In this document: positions 13,059 through 23,810 of the stretch, piece by piece
How the letters are laid out: each line of letters opens with the position of its first letter
Position numbering within the stretch: the stretch's first letter is position 1
Origin: Camelus ferus
Lineage: Eukaryota
Reading direction: 5' to 3'
Assembly: GCF_009834535.1 (NCBI RefSeq)
Contig: NC_045696.1
Coordinates: 9,736,001 to 9,800,000, forward strand
Length of the DNA: 64,000 nucleotides
Made by a program: the position numbers and the translations under genes
The notes under the pieces: generated by a model
Database searches by the model: none
What the model was told of the DNA's origin: nothing
What the model saw: only the letters and a program-made list of their open reading frames with translations

Positions 13059-13540
13059 CCTTAAAAAGTTAAACAGAGAATTATCATATGACTCAGCTCT
13101 TCCACTCCAAGGTGCATACCGAAAAGAAGTGAAAACAGGTACTCAAAACAGATGCTTGTACTAGAACTGCTGTATTAATCACAGCAGGCAAAAGGAAACA
13201 ACCCAAGTGCCCATCAATGGATGAACAGATCAGCAAAATGCAGGGGACTATCCATACAACGAAAAATTACTCTGCCATAAAAAGAAGTTCATCCCTCTAC
13301 AACAGGGATGAACCTTGAAAACATTACAGTAAGAGAAAGAAGCCAGACACAAAAAGCCACATACTGTACGATTCCATTCATACGACATAGCAGGATAGGT
13401 CAATCCAGAGACAGAAAGCAGTCGGTCTCCATGGGCTGGGGGAGCAACAGAAAGGAAACTGCTTAATGAGTACAGGGCTTTCTTGGGGGGGGGGGGGGGA
13501 TGAAAATATTATGGAACTAGATAGAAGTAGGTGGTGGTTG

Positions 13541-14092
13541 TGTGGACCAAAAAAAATGTTGCCTGCCATTTCAGTAAACATTCAGTAATATTGCCCACCA
13601 TTCTGGTAAACAGGATACTGGCTCTTAGCTAGACAGTTAAGATGCATATCAAAGGGATAATTTGGATGAGCCCAGACTCTTGCATCTTCTCATACATAGA
13701 AAAGCACTAAAGTCATTAACCAGAGATGTATTTTTTTTGTGATTTAGCAGTAAGCTTTTGGGGGGGTGGTAATTAGGTTTGTTTGTTTTAATGGAGGTAC
13801 TGGGGATTGATCCAGGACCTCCTGCATGCTAGGCATGCACTCTACCCCTGAGCTACACACCACACCTTAGCAGTAACCTTTCAATTCTCCACTTCTTGTT
13901 TTTGTTTTGGGTTTTTTTCAGCAACAACTCCTACATATCCTGGCTCCTCCCTTATCTCTTGAGAACAGCCGCTCATCTGAGAGGCTGTCTCCCGAGCTAT
14001 AGTCTCAGTAAGTTCCCCAAATAAATCAAAACCTGTAACTTTTAGGTTGCTCTTTTGTTTTTGTCTCGTTTTTTTTTTTTTTCATTCCAACA
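13541..14092 (+). mobile_element. Solo ERV1-class LTR (MER41-like; exact family uncertain)
   Basis: TG...CA termini, 4-bp flanks gttg/gttt, internal AATAAA near 14020; homologous to 15656-16140. Confidence 0.8.
13759..13866 (-). mobile_element. tRNA-derived camelid SINE (Vic-1-like)
   Basis: Reverse complement reads gtagctcaggggtagagtgcatgcctagcatgcaggaggtcctggatcaatccccagtacctcc. 15-bp TSD ttagcagtaa(g/c)cttt at 13744-13758 and 13867-13881. Confidence 0.9.
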
Positions 14093-14484
14093 GTTTTGCA
14101 ACATTGTGAATGTACTAAATGCCATGGAAATATTCACTTCCAGATGGATAGTTTTATGTTATATGAATTTCACCTTAATACAAAAAAACGTGGGGCTAAT
14201 ATAAAAATACCCGACTGGGGATTAAATGTGACCTCTGTGGAGAGATGTTTGAGCAAGTTCAACACTTCTTTTTTGATTCCGTCTCCCTGATTCCCTGGGC
14301 CACGTGGACCCTTGAGAACAGGGGACTTCATGATGGTGATCTGAGCCCCAGCGCCAGAGGTCTGTTTTGCAGGCAGGAGAGACTCAAGTGACTATGAAAA
14401 TCACCAAAAAGCGGAGTGGTAGGATTGGAGTGTTTAAAAATCTTGATACAGATTCCTCGGAGTAACAACCACAGAAACGGTGCT

Positions 14485-14705
14485 GTGACTTGCCACTCAG
14501 ACTGGGAGCCAGGCAGCTGGGGTTGCCAGCTCCACCATCCTCCACGCGTGGGACCTCCAGCCAAAATTCTTGCCAAGAGTCAGTTTTCTCATCCAAACAA
14601 TGGGGTTTATTGAAGTACTTACCGCATAGGGCTGCTGTCATAATTCAGCTAATTGACGCATATGCTGGAAATACAGTATATTCTCAACAAATGTTAGCCA
14701 GTGTT
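14485..14705 (+). mobile_element. MIR
   Basis: ggagccaggcagctgggg...cagttttctcatc...catagggctgctgt...ctcaacaaatgttagc. Confidence 0.7.
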
Positions 14706-15655
14706 TTATTAAGGAGAAGGTAAACAATGACCAAGAAACATTGGCGGCATGGGCTCTGTTGGGGGGCTGATGGGGTGAGGAAGACAAGGGGCCACTGTAA
14801 GCATTTAAAGCCAAAGGGGGACTTTGAAGTTGTTTCTGAAGGTGCTTTAAGCAATTTGCAACACTGCAGAGTGGGACGGGGTAGGGGAAATTGGGGGACA
14901 GAGGACAATGACAGGAAGGGAGAAAAGTTGCACATCAAAATGATTATTCCGAAAATTAAGAAGGAGGAGCTGTCAGATGCTGGGAGTGGCTCAGAGGAGG
15001 AGACAACACAGAAATTCAGCAGTCTCCACTGGGCGTAGGACTGGATTGCTTTTGTAGTAACTGTGAAAGGGGGACAGAAATTTTGTCCCTTGCAACATGG
15101 TGTTCGGAAAGTCCAGCTCTCAAAGCAGAATCTGCTGTGCCAAGCAGACACCCTCAGAGGAAAACCGCTAATGAACTAGACTTAGTAGAGACCCACCACG
15201 CAGGCGTCCCTGAACCCCGTGTCTCATTTCCACCTGAGTTGAAAGTCCCATCATGAGAGTGAATCTTTCTGCAAATCAGCCTTTAGCAGCAAAAGGGAGG
15301 GCTGCACGGTGCAGAATTTAATAGGAATTGAGATATTTGATGATTATCTATGGTGAGCCTGACTTAGTTTCTGAAATATTGGACATCATCCATATCATCC
15401 TGCTGCCGTCCCTGTAACTGGAGGCCTCCTGCTCTCTCAGTCCTCGGCGATGTGCCAAGGTGAGATTCCAGGAGCCGCAGATGAAGTGCGGGTTTGTGAT
15501 ACAGCTCTCTGCATGGTCAGCCTGGGTCCCCAAAGCCCAGTTCCCCCCATGGGGTACAGGTTCTCCAGAGAGAACAGGTCACCAAGCCCCAGAAGTACGT
15601 GACATTTGGGCCTTGTTGGAAAGCACTGTCTTCAGACCATCTTCAGTCTTTCATG

Positions 15656-16140
15656 GGTCGACTGAAAAAAAAAAAAATCACAACCTAAAAGTTGAATTAT
15701 GTTTTATTCGGGAAGCTTACTGAGACTACAGCCCGGGAGACAGCCTCTCAGATGGCTCTGAGCGACTGTTTCAAAGAGGTAAGGGAGGAGCCAGGATGTA
15801 TAGGAGTGGTTGCTGGAAAAAACCAAGTAGTGAAACATCAAAAGATTATTGCTAATCACAAAAAACCAGACATCTCCAGCTAATGATTTTAGTGCTTTTC
15901 TATGTGTGGGCAGATGTGAATCTGGGCTCATTCAAATTATCTCTTTGATATGCATCTTAACCAGCAGGGCCAGTATCCTGTTTTTCTCCATCCTGAATCC
16001 CCTCAGGGTGCACCACTGGGGGTGGCTGCAGTGGCTGATGGCTTGCTGACTGCCAAAGTTCATTGTTTACCAGAGTGGCAGGCAGCACTCTTTGTTTACT
16101 GAAATGGCAGGCAACGTGGTTTTTTTTTTTTTGGTCCACA
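15656..16140 (-). mobile_element. Solo ERV1-class LTR, same family as 13541-14092
   Basis: Reverse complement begins tgtggaccaaaaaaaa and shares gttaagatgcatatcaaag.gataatttg.atgagcccaga with the first copy; flanks catg/catt. Confidence 0.8.
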
Positions 16141-17664
16141 CATTGATAAGAATAGAGATAGAGATAACAAGCGTATCAAATCAATACCACAGCTTAAACT
16201 TAAACAATGTTATCTGTCAATTATTTCTCAATAAAGCCAGAACAAAGATGCAGATATAGATATACACAGTTAACTGTTAACAGTACATAGTTACTGGATT
16301 CTATGAAGGGCTGAATATAAAAAAGACGAGGTGTCTGCTACTAGAAATCATTCGAAACTACAGTTCTACATGATCATGCTTGTTTTATATCTCCCCTGCC
16401 ACCACCCAGCCGTCTCCCTTCCCTCTCCACTCCTACCCACACGCCTCTAACATTGATGGTAAAACACTTTGCCTGGGATGGCAGGAAACTCACAGTGAAA
16501 TGTACTGAGCAATTAAGCATATTCAGTGCTTTGGAGTCATAACTGATTTCAAGCATATCTTATTTTTTAAATATAAGTAATACATGTTTATTGTAGAAAT
16601 TTAAAAAACACAAGTAAGCAAGAAAAAAATTAAGCCCTCCAATATTGCCACTCAGAAATTATTACCCTTAAAGTTTAAAATTCCAATTTATATTGCTTTA
16701 ATAGTACTCGCAGGCGTGTACGTGTACACACACGCATCCGGAAGACCAGCTGAGGATGAACTTGGGGCCCCCCATGAGCTCTCGTGGGCGTGGAGAGAGC
16801 TAAGGGGTTTACGCTAGGTGCATGGAGGCATAGGGTCAGGCAGCACTGCAGCAAATGAAGAGGTCAGCAGGACCGCTGGCAAGGCAGCCTACCCCTGAAC
16901 TGCAGCTCAGCCCCCAGGGAACAGCCCCTGTTCATCTTCCCCCTTCTTTGCAGAAAGCAGCTGACCCCACCCAGCACAGGACCAAGGCAGGTGTTTGCAG
17001 CAAAGGGAGGCATGCAGCTGTGGCAGAACACTTTGAGGTACCAGCAGCAAGAGTGGAGGCTGGGACCATCCCCACACACCTCAGCACGTGATGGAAACCA
17101 AGAGGCCAGAGAGAGAATTTGAGGGCATTATGCAAATAAGGGCCACCAGCCAGGGGAATTTGAGTAATTACAATTAATGTGACTTCATTTTTTCCAAAGA
17201 CTGGTGAAGCCTGGGAAAATTAGCACATATATATACACACACACATATATATAAGTACTTAAATATAAAATTTGTTCATACCCTAATTTGATAAGTAAAC
17301 TGTTTTCTTTGCTTAACAAGATCTCATATTTTTTTCATGTAGAGAAAGAGAGAACTACGATAATTGTTTTCAACACTAGAGACCAATGAAGGTGTTTCAG
17401 GGCCCCCATGAAAGGGACAGTAGATTTTGCAGATGGGAGAAGGTGTGAGTTGCCACAGAGTCTACTTTTACAGTTCTGTATACTAGGATTCTACAAAAGA
17501 CTGAATATTAAAAGCAGGAGGTGTCTGCTACTAGAAATAACTTGAAACCACAGTTCGACATGATTTTTTATGCCATGTGAAATCTCACTGTGTGGATAAA
17601 TGATCGTGTATTAACCAGACCTCTATTTTTGGACATTTAGGTTGCACAGAAGTTAGGAGTTGTG

Positions 17665-18030
17665 TTCAGATGCAGATATCACACTCCTGAGACACCATGA
17701 CTTAAACAAATTAGGATTTTATTTTTCTCATACAATGAAAAATCTGGAAAGAGGCAGTGCAAACATCAGATTAGCAGGTAATGGATCTCCAACATCCCAT
17801 CAGTTCCAGGCAGGATAAAAAGGGAGAGAGGGGGGCAGAGGTCATAGGTCAGAAGGGATCTGGTAACTGAGTTGATTTTCCTCACAAAGAGCTTTCCTGG
17901 AGATGCATCTGAATGACTTCTCCTTACATTTCATTGTCCACCCCTTTTTTCAAAGAGTCCAGAAAACATTTTTAGCTAAGTACCTTACTCCTCCCCCAAA
18001 CTGGGGTTCTGTTACTGTGGAAGAAGGTTA
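17665..18030 (-). mobile_element. Old MaLR LTR (MLT1J/K-like)
   Basis: tgacttaaacaaattaggattttatttttctcatac...gttccaggcagg...ctggggttctgttact. Confidence 0.55.
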
Positions 18031-18315
18031 GAACAACAATTAAACCCTTATCTCAAAATCCTTGAAGCTACATCACAACCTAAATTTTAACAAGATCACA
18101 GCACAGAAATAAAATTGTTCCTTTAAAGACACCTCAGCAGTATGTAATAAAAAAGTCACAAAAATATTGATATAATCTCTCACTATTTTGGATCTTTGTT
18201 ATTTTAATAACTAAAATGTTTTCATGATTGTTTTTCTGAATTGCTTAAAAATGTTTTTAAACGATGGAGTCATCTTGTTTCCATTCTTATCAGTGTGATG
18301 TGAATGCTTTAGAGA

Positions 18316-18471
18316 AGGGCTTCTTAAATTTTAATGTGTGTACAAATTACCTGGGATCTTATTAAAATGCAGATTATGATGCAGCAGGATTGGGGTCAGC
18401 CTCGAATCTGCATTTCTAAGAAGCTCCCAGATGACACTTGCTAGTCCACAGACCTGGCTTTGAGTAGCAAG
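18316..18471. mobile_element. MER5A-like hAT MITE
   Basis: attacctgggatcttattaaaatgcagatt...tctgcatttctaagaagctcccagatga...tttgagtagcaag. Confidence 0.75.
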
Positions 18472-18528
18472 TTCCTAGTCGCCCCACCAGTGCGATTTCA
18501 TCATCAAACAGAACACGTCTGTATTGTT

Positions 18529-18989
18529 TTTTAAATTTTTTATTGAAGTGTAGTTGATTGACAGTGTTAGTTTCAGGTGTACAGCAAAGTGGTTCAGTTA
18601 TACATATACATGCTTCTTTTTCTTTTCAGATTCTTTTCTGTTATATGTTATTACAAGAAATTGAATATAGTTCCCTGTGCTATACAGTAGGTCCTTGTTG
18701 TTTACCTATTTTAAATATAGTAATGTGTGTCGTTAATCCGTGGCCCCTAATTTATCCCTCTCCACCCTTTCCCCTTCGGTAACCATGGTTTGTTTTCTAT
18801 GTCTGTGAGTCTATTTCTGGTTTGTAAATAGAATTTGTATCATTTTTTTTTAGATTCCACATAGAAGTGATATCATATAATGTCTTTCTCTCTCTGAAAT
18901 ACTTCACTTAATATGATCATCTCTAGGTCCATCCATGTTGCTGCAAATGGCATTATTTCATTCTTTCTTTTTTATGGCTGAGTAATATT

Positions 18990-19056
<67 letters not shown>

Positions 19057-19450
19057 CTCACATCTTCTTTACCCAGTCATCTATTGATGGACATTGAGGT
19101 TGTTTCCATGTCTTGGCTATTGTAAATAGTGCTGCTATGAACACTGGGGTGCATATCTCTTTTTGAGTTATAGTTTTCTCTAGATATATGTCCAGGAGTA
19201 GGATTACTGAATCACAAGATAAGTCTAGTTTTAGTTCTTTAAGGAACCTGTGTACTGTCCTCCATAATGGCTGCACCAATTTACATTCCCACCAACAGTA
19301 TAGGAGGGTTCCTTTATCTCCACACCCTCTCCAGCATTGATTATTTGTAGACTTCTAAATGATGGCCATTCTGACTGGTGTGAGGTGATACCTCGTTTTA
19401 GTTCTGATTTGCATTTCTCTAATGCTTAGCGATACTGAGCTTTTCATATG
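18529..19450 (-). mobile_element. 5'-truncated cetartiodactyl L1 (ORF2 C-terminus plus 3' UTR) with TSD
   Basis: ORF 19058..19279 (VQPLWRTV...FIAALFTIAKTWKQPQCPS) is the ORF2p C-terminus. Flanks agaacacgtctgtattgtt (18510-18528) and agagcacatctgcatcgtt (19451-19469) match at 15/19. Confidence 0.92.
18992..19054 (+). repeat. (TG)31 microsatellite
   Basis: Direct reading; uninterrupted. Confidence 0.97.
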
Positions 19451-20219
19451 AGAGCACATCTGCATCGTTGAGTGAGAAGGGCTCTCTTCCCTGAACACAG
19501 AGGAGGGTCAGGACCAAACATCCCCAGTGAGGATTTGGTCCCCAAGCCAAATGTATACCCTTATGCTGCTGCAGAGAAATAACTCAATTCAGTGAGACTT
19601 CTGAGTGACCTGGGAGGTCCCTGAGAAAAGTGAGGGCTTCATTATACACATGAAAGTCTGAGCTGCCAGTGGGGAGAGATAAGAAAGTCAGCTCCTCTGC
19701 ATCTCTTGTCCAAACAGAGACCCAGAGACTGGAACAGCCCAGGTCAGAAACCAGGAGCTGCTCTGGGCCCTTGGGGCCGGTGGCAGGACATGGGGGGCGG
19801 GGCCGACTGTTAAAATGCTGATTTGAGCCTGGTTCCCTTCATTCCGCACCCACACCCATTTCCAGCTGGTAGCCAAGCTTCACACTTCCCTGCCTCCGGG
19901 ATTTGGGCCAGCTGAGATTCTTCCCTGCTTTTGTAAAAGCTAAATCCCTGGATGAGATTATGCCAAGGGCCTGGAGGGTGAGAGAAGGGAGAAGAAGTGG
20001 GGAGAAGCACTCCAGAGCGGGTAGTGTAAGGAGGAACTGGGGAGTCTGGACCCCAGAGGACCTGTAGGGCCCCCAGAGGTGTGGCCCCAGGCGCCTCTCT
20101 CCAGATCGCAGTCCTGCAGATGCAGCTGAACCACAGGGTCTGAAGGACCCCGTGCCCAGGCAGTGCGGGGGTAGGGAGAACGGGGTGGGACCCGGGCATT
20201 TGAGGGGAATCACCTCTGT

Positions 20220-20325
20220 TTATACTCTGTCTCCTGAAGCCTACTTTGCTGGATCCTAAGACAGCCACACCAGCCTTCCATGTATGCTTTGAGTTTGCGT
20301 CTTCCATAAATACCCTTTTCATCAA
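20220..20325 (-). mobile_element. Small old L1 endonuclease-region fragment
   Basis: Peptide KRVFMEDANSKHTWKAGVAVLGSSKVGFR resembles ORF2p KKIFHAN..KKAGVAILISDKIDFK. Confidence 0.5.
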
Positions 20326-23006
20326 TGAGAAACCAGAATATGGGCGAGAAAATCTCCCTAGATTAGAAGTTGAGGTCACGGGACTGCAGTTCCCATGGTT
20401 ACTGGAAACCTTGAGTGCCCAGCCAGGTGATCGGTGCCGGCAGCCTTTCAACCTGGGAAGAGGGTGTGTGTGTGTGTGTGTGGTGTCCACTTCCAGGTGG
20501 GCTCAGCCCACTCCATGCCCGTTTCCCTAACGGGACAGAAATAGTGAAACCCCATCCCAGGAACGTGAACGCTCTTCAGTGGCTCCTAGCCCACACCGAG
20601 GAGTGTCATAGCACCACTCGCAGAGAGAAGAGACCCAGACATCCCAGAAAACACAGCTGAGAGATAGCTTTTGTGTCTCTAGGTCAGGAGTTCCCGGCTC
20701 TGGCAAATTAGAAGCACCCACCTGAGAAGACTTTTTAAATGCTAATGCCCAGGCCCCATTCTCAGGTGATTCTATTTTATTGATCTGAAGTGGGACTGGG
20801 CATCTGAACTTTTTAAGGTGATTTCCATTTGAATCAATATTTTTGAAGGCCAGCTAAGTTAATCTAATGTTCGATCAGACTGCTTTGCAGACTGCAAATA
20901 TTCCAGAAGGGAGCCAGGTAGAAAGTCACCAGTTTTATACAGTCAGGTATTTGTCACTCTGTGGCATTACCAATGACACCAGGGTTGGCTGGCTTGAAGG
21001 ACAACGCTACTAAGATGTCACGTGACCAGGCAGAGCCAGGACGCATCCAGCACACCCGGCCTCCTTGGGAACAGCATCGATACTGCAGCTCCCTGCGGGA
21101 GAAGATCGTGGCTACAAAGCACGGAACAGGAGCCCTGCCTGCCCCTCAGCAAATAATTAGGGCTGACCTGCAGCATTACTTGATATCCACCTCCAAGGTC
21201 AATGCGAATGAATAGGTGTCTCTGCTCAGTTTCTTCCCCCAAAGCAAATGTTTCAGTCATCTCCCTTTCACCCTCCATTCAGAGTACACTGTCCGGCACT
21301 TCTGAGTCACTCTGAAAACAAGCCTGTATGTGGATATCGTGGAAATAAAGCCATTTCCATGAGACGTAGTATTTCTTGTTCAACACTGCTTACAAGAGCT
21401 TACTAAACCGGCAGAGAAAAAAACCCAGCGATTTTCAAAGTATAAAAAACTACCCATTATCCATTATAGAGACACTGGTGGAAGTCAGGAGCTTTTGGCT
21501 TCAGGCAGAACTAGGGACTTTGAGGCTCATTTTTCAAATGGAAAATGCTCTTTTCTTCTGTGCTGCTCACAGCGCCCAGTTCATGCTAGGAAGCCCGAAC
21601 CAGATCTTTTGAAAATGATATTGTTCTAGGACTGAATGACTGGGAGAGACAGAGAAGGTTTTCAGTCCAAGGATGAGAACTTTTGTATCCTTAGCCAAAC
21701 TGAATCCCACCCACTTTTCCAGTCCAAGGATCCCATCCCTGCCTTCACTGTCCCCTGGTGCCAACTTGCTAGGTATCATTAATTAAAACCAAAGCTTCCT
21801 GCTTATAGGCACCAGGCCCCACCTGCTGCCCCATCTTTGCAATATTGATCCTAGGCCTTCCTCCCCAGCCATCCTTCTCTGCCACCAACTCCTTGGCTCC
21901 CGCAGAATGGAGGCAGGTGTGTGAGGGGTGACAGGCCCCCGGGGGGTGCACCATTCCCCTCTCCATTTTCTGCAGAAGTGTCAACATGAACGTGCTTGGG
22001 GTGGGAGGCTGGAGAAAGGGGGAGGGTCAGAGGATCACGCAGGGGTCGTGCAGCTGCTGAAGCCCAGAAGAAAATTCCCCTCTGCCACTGAGAAATGGCA
22101 GTAGAAGGTCACAGCCGCCGCCCCCTGAACTTCTGACCACTTGATAAAGGCGGCTGAAGATGAAGAACATTCCTTCACCAATCTTGCCTTCACTTTTGAT
22201 GAACAGTTAGGACACAGGTTCAAAATTTAATAGCTCAACTGTTGTCTTGGACTGCCAGCCAGCGTGGACATTGTAAAGGCAAGAGAGGGTGGGAAGAATG
22301 TGATTTCTTCTTCACCCCAAGTGGCTTTATAAAACAGAAGGCCTTGAGAGGGAACGGACTGAGTCCTCCCCGAGTGCCAGCAGTACTGAGACTTTCAATA
22401 CACTGAATGGCCCTGGAGACTCCAACCACCAACAAAAGCAGGGGGATTTTGCCCTCGCTTACACAGAAATTCTACGAGTCAGACATCCGTGTTCCGCTCA
22501 GGAATCAATTTTTTGGAGGGTAATTTTATTCTCCTGGATCCTTTTCCTGTAGTCACTGTGTCCAGGTGGGAATTGGCAAGGTTCGACTCTGTCCCTGTTG
22601 CACTGTTCTCTGTAGCTGAAATTCACCACCTGGAATTTGAAGAACAAACAAGCAGCAGCAGGTCCCTGGTAAGCCTGGGACTCAGAGGCGGACCTTTCTG
22701 CATAAAAGGGGGACTAGCTGTCACAGATCTGGAGACTAATGACTCCATAAAGTGGCCTGGCATCACCACCTGTGGCAGTTCTGTGGGTGCCTTGGGGAAG
22801 AAGCACTGAAATGACATGAGTGGGCCTGGATTCTGACCTGGGTCTTGAAGTGTATGTGAAGGGTGGTGTGTACACGTGTGTGCGTACATGTGTGGGGGAC
22901 TTTGTGTGTGGATATCTGTGCCCCTGCATGTAGTCATATTCATTTTCCAGGTGACAGTACCAGATCCATACCCCTCACAGGATTGCCTGGTAGATCAGAT
23001 AAGAAA

Positions 23007-23586
23007 TGAGTAGATTAGGGCTCCCCAGAAAAGTAGAACAGATAGGATACAGGGACAGAGATGGAGATAAAGATGGAGACGGAGAGAGAGAGAGAGAGAG
23101 AGATTTACTACAGGGAATTGGCTCCGGTGATTGTGCAGGCTGAAAGTCCCAAGACCTGCAAGGTGAGTTGGAAAGCTGGGGACCCAAGAGAGCCCAGTGA
23201 CAGAGTTCCTGTGCAAGTCCAAAGGCCTGAGGAAAAGGAGAGCCAGTGGTGAAGTTCCAGCCCGGAGGCTCAAGACCCAGGAAGACTTGACGTTTCAGTT
23301 CAAGTCCAAAGGCAGGAAAGAGCTGATGTCCCAGCTCAAGCAGCTGGGCAGAAGGCATTCTCTCTTACTCAGGGAAGGATCAGATTCTTAGTTCTATTCA
23401 GGCCTTCAGCTGATTGGATGAGGCCCACTCGTATGTATGAGGGAGGGCAATCTACCTACTCAATCTACAGATTTAAATGCTGATCTCATGCAAAACCATC
23501 CTCACAGAGACACTCAGAATAATGTGTGACCAACTGTCTGGGCACCCCACGAGCCAATCAACTAACACATAAAGTGAACCATCACA
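23007..23586 (-). mobile_element. MLT2-family (ERVL) solo LTR
   Basis: gagatttactacagggaattggctc...ggccttcagctgattggatgaggcccac...acacataaagtgaaccatcaca (reverse complement of the TGTGATGG.. MLT2 start). Confidence 0.85.
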
Positions 23587-23619
23587 GTGGAGTCAAAGGC
23601 AGCATCGAGTACTGGAAGA

Positions 23620-23810
23620 ACCCCTGTTTCTGGAGCCCAACAGCCTAAGGTCAAATCTAGCTTTATTACTTGCCAGTCATGGGATTTGTAGGTTACTCAG
23701 TCTCTCTGGGGCTGCCTCAGATGCCTCTTTGGTAGGATGAGGATAACAAGAGAGTCAACAATGTACGTACATGACACATAACAGGTACCAAAGCATTCGC
23801 TGTCTTGGGT
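23620..23810 (+). mobile_element. MIR
   Basis: tctggagcccaacagcctaaggtcaaatctagc...gttactcagtctctctg...atgaggataaca. Confidence 0.55.

Larger units (their letters stand above)
13059..14187 (+). mobile_element. L1MB-like 3' end, split by an LTR at 13541-14092
   Basis: aaaaagttaaacagagaattatcatatgac...aacccaagtgcccatcaatggatgaac...ggtggttg, resuming as caacattgtgaatgtactaaatgcc...gaatttcaccttaatacaaaaaa. Confidence 0.85.

Noticed and set aside
13541..16140. LTR pair read as a provirus or a large TIR transposon
   Set aside because: The LTRs are inverted with separate target flanks, and the spacer has a MIR but no gag, pol or transposase.
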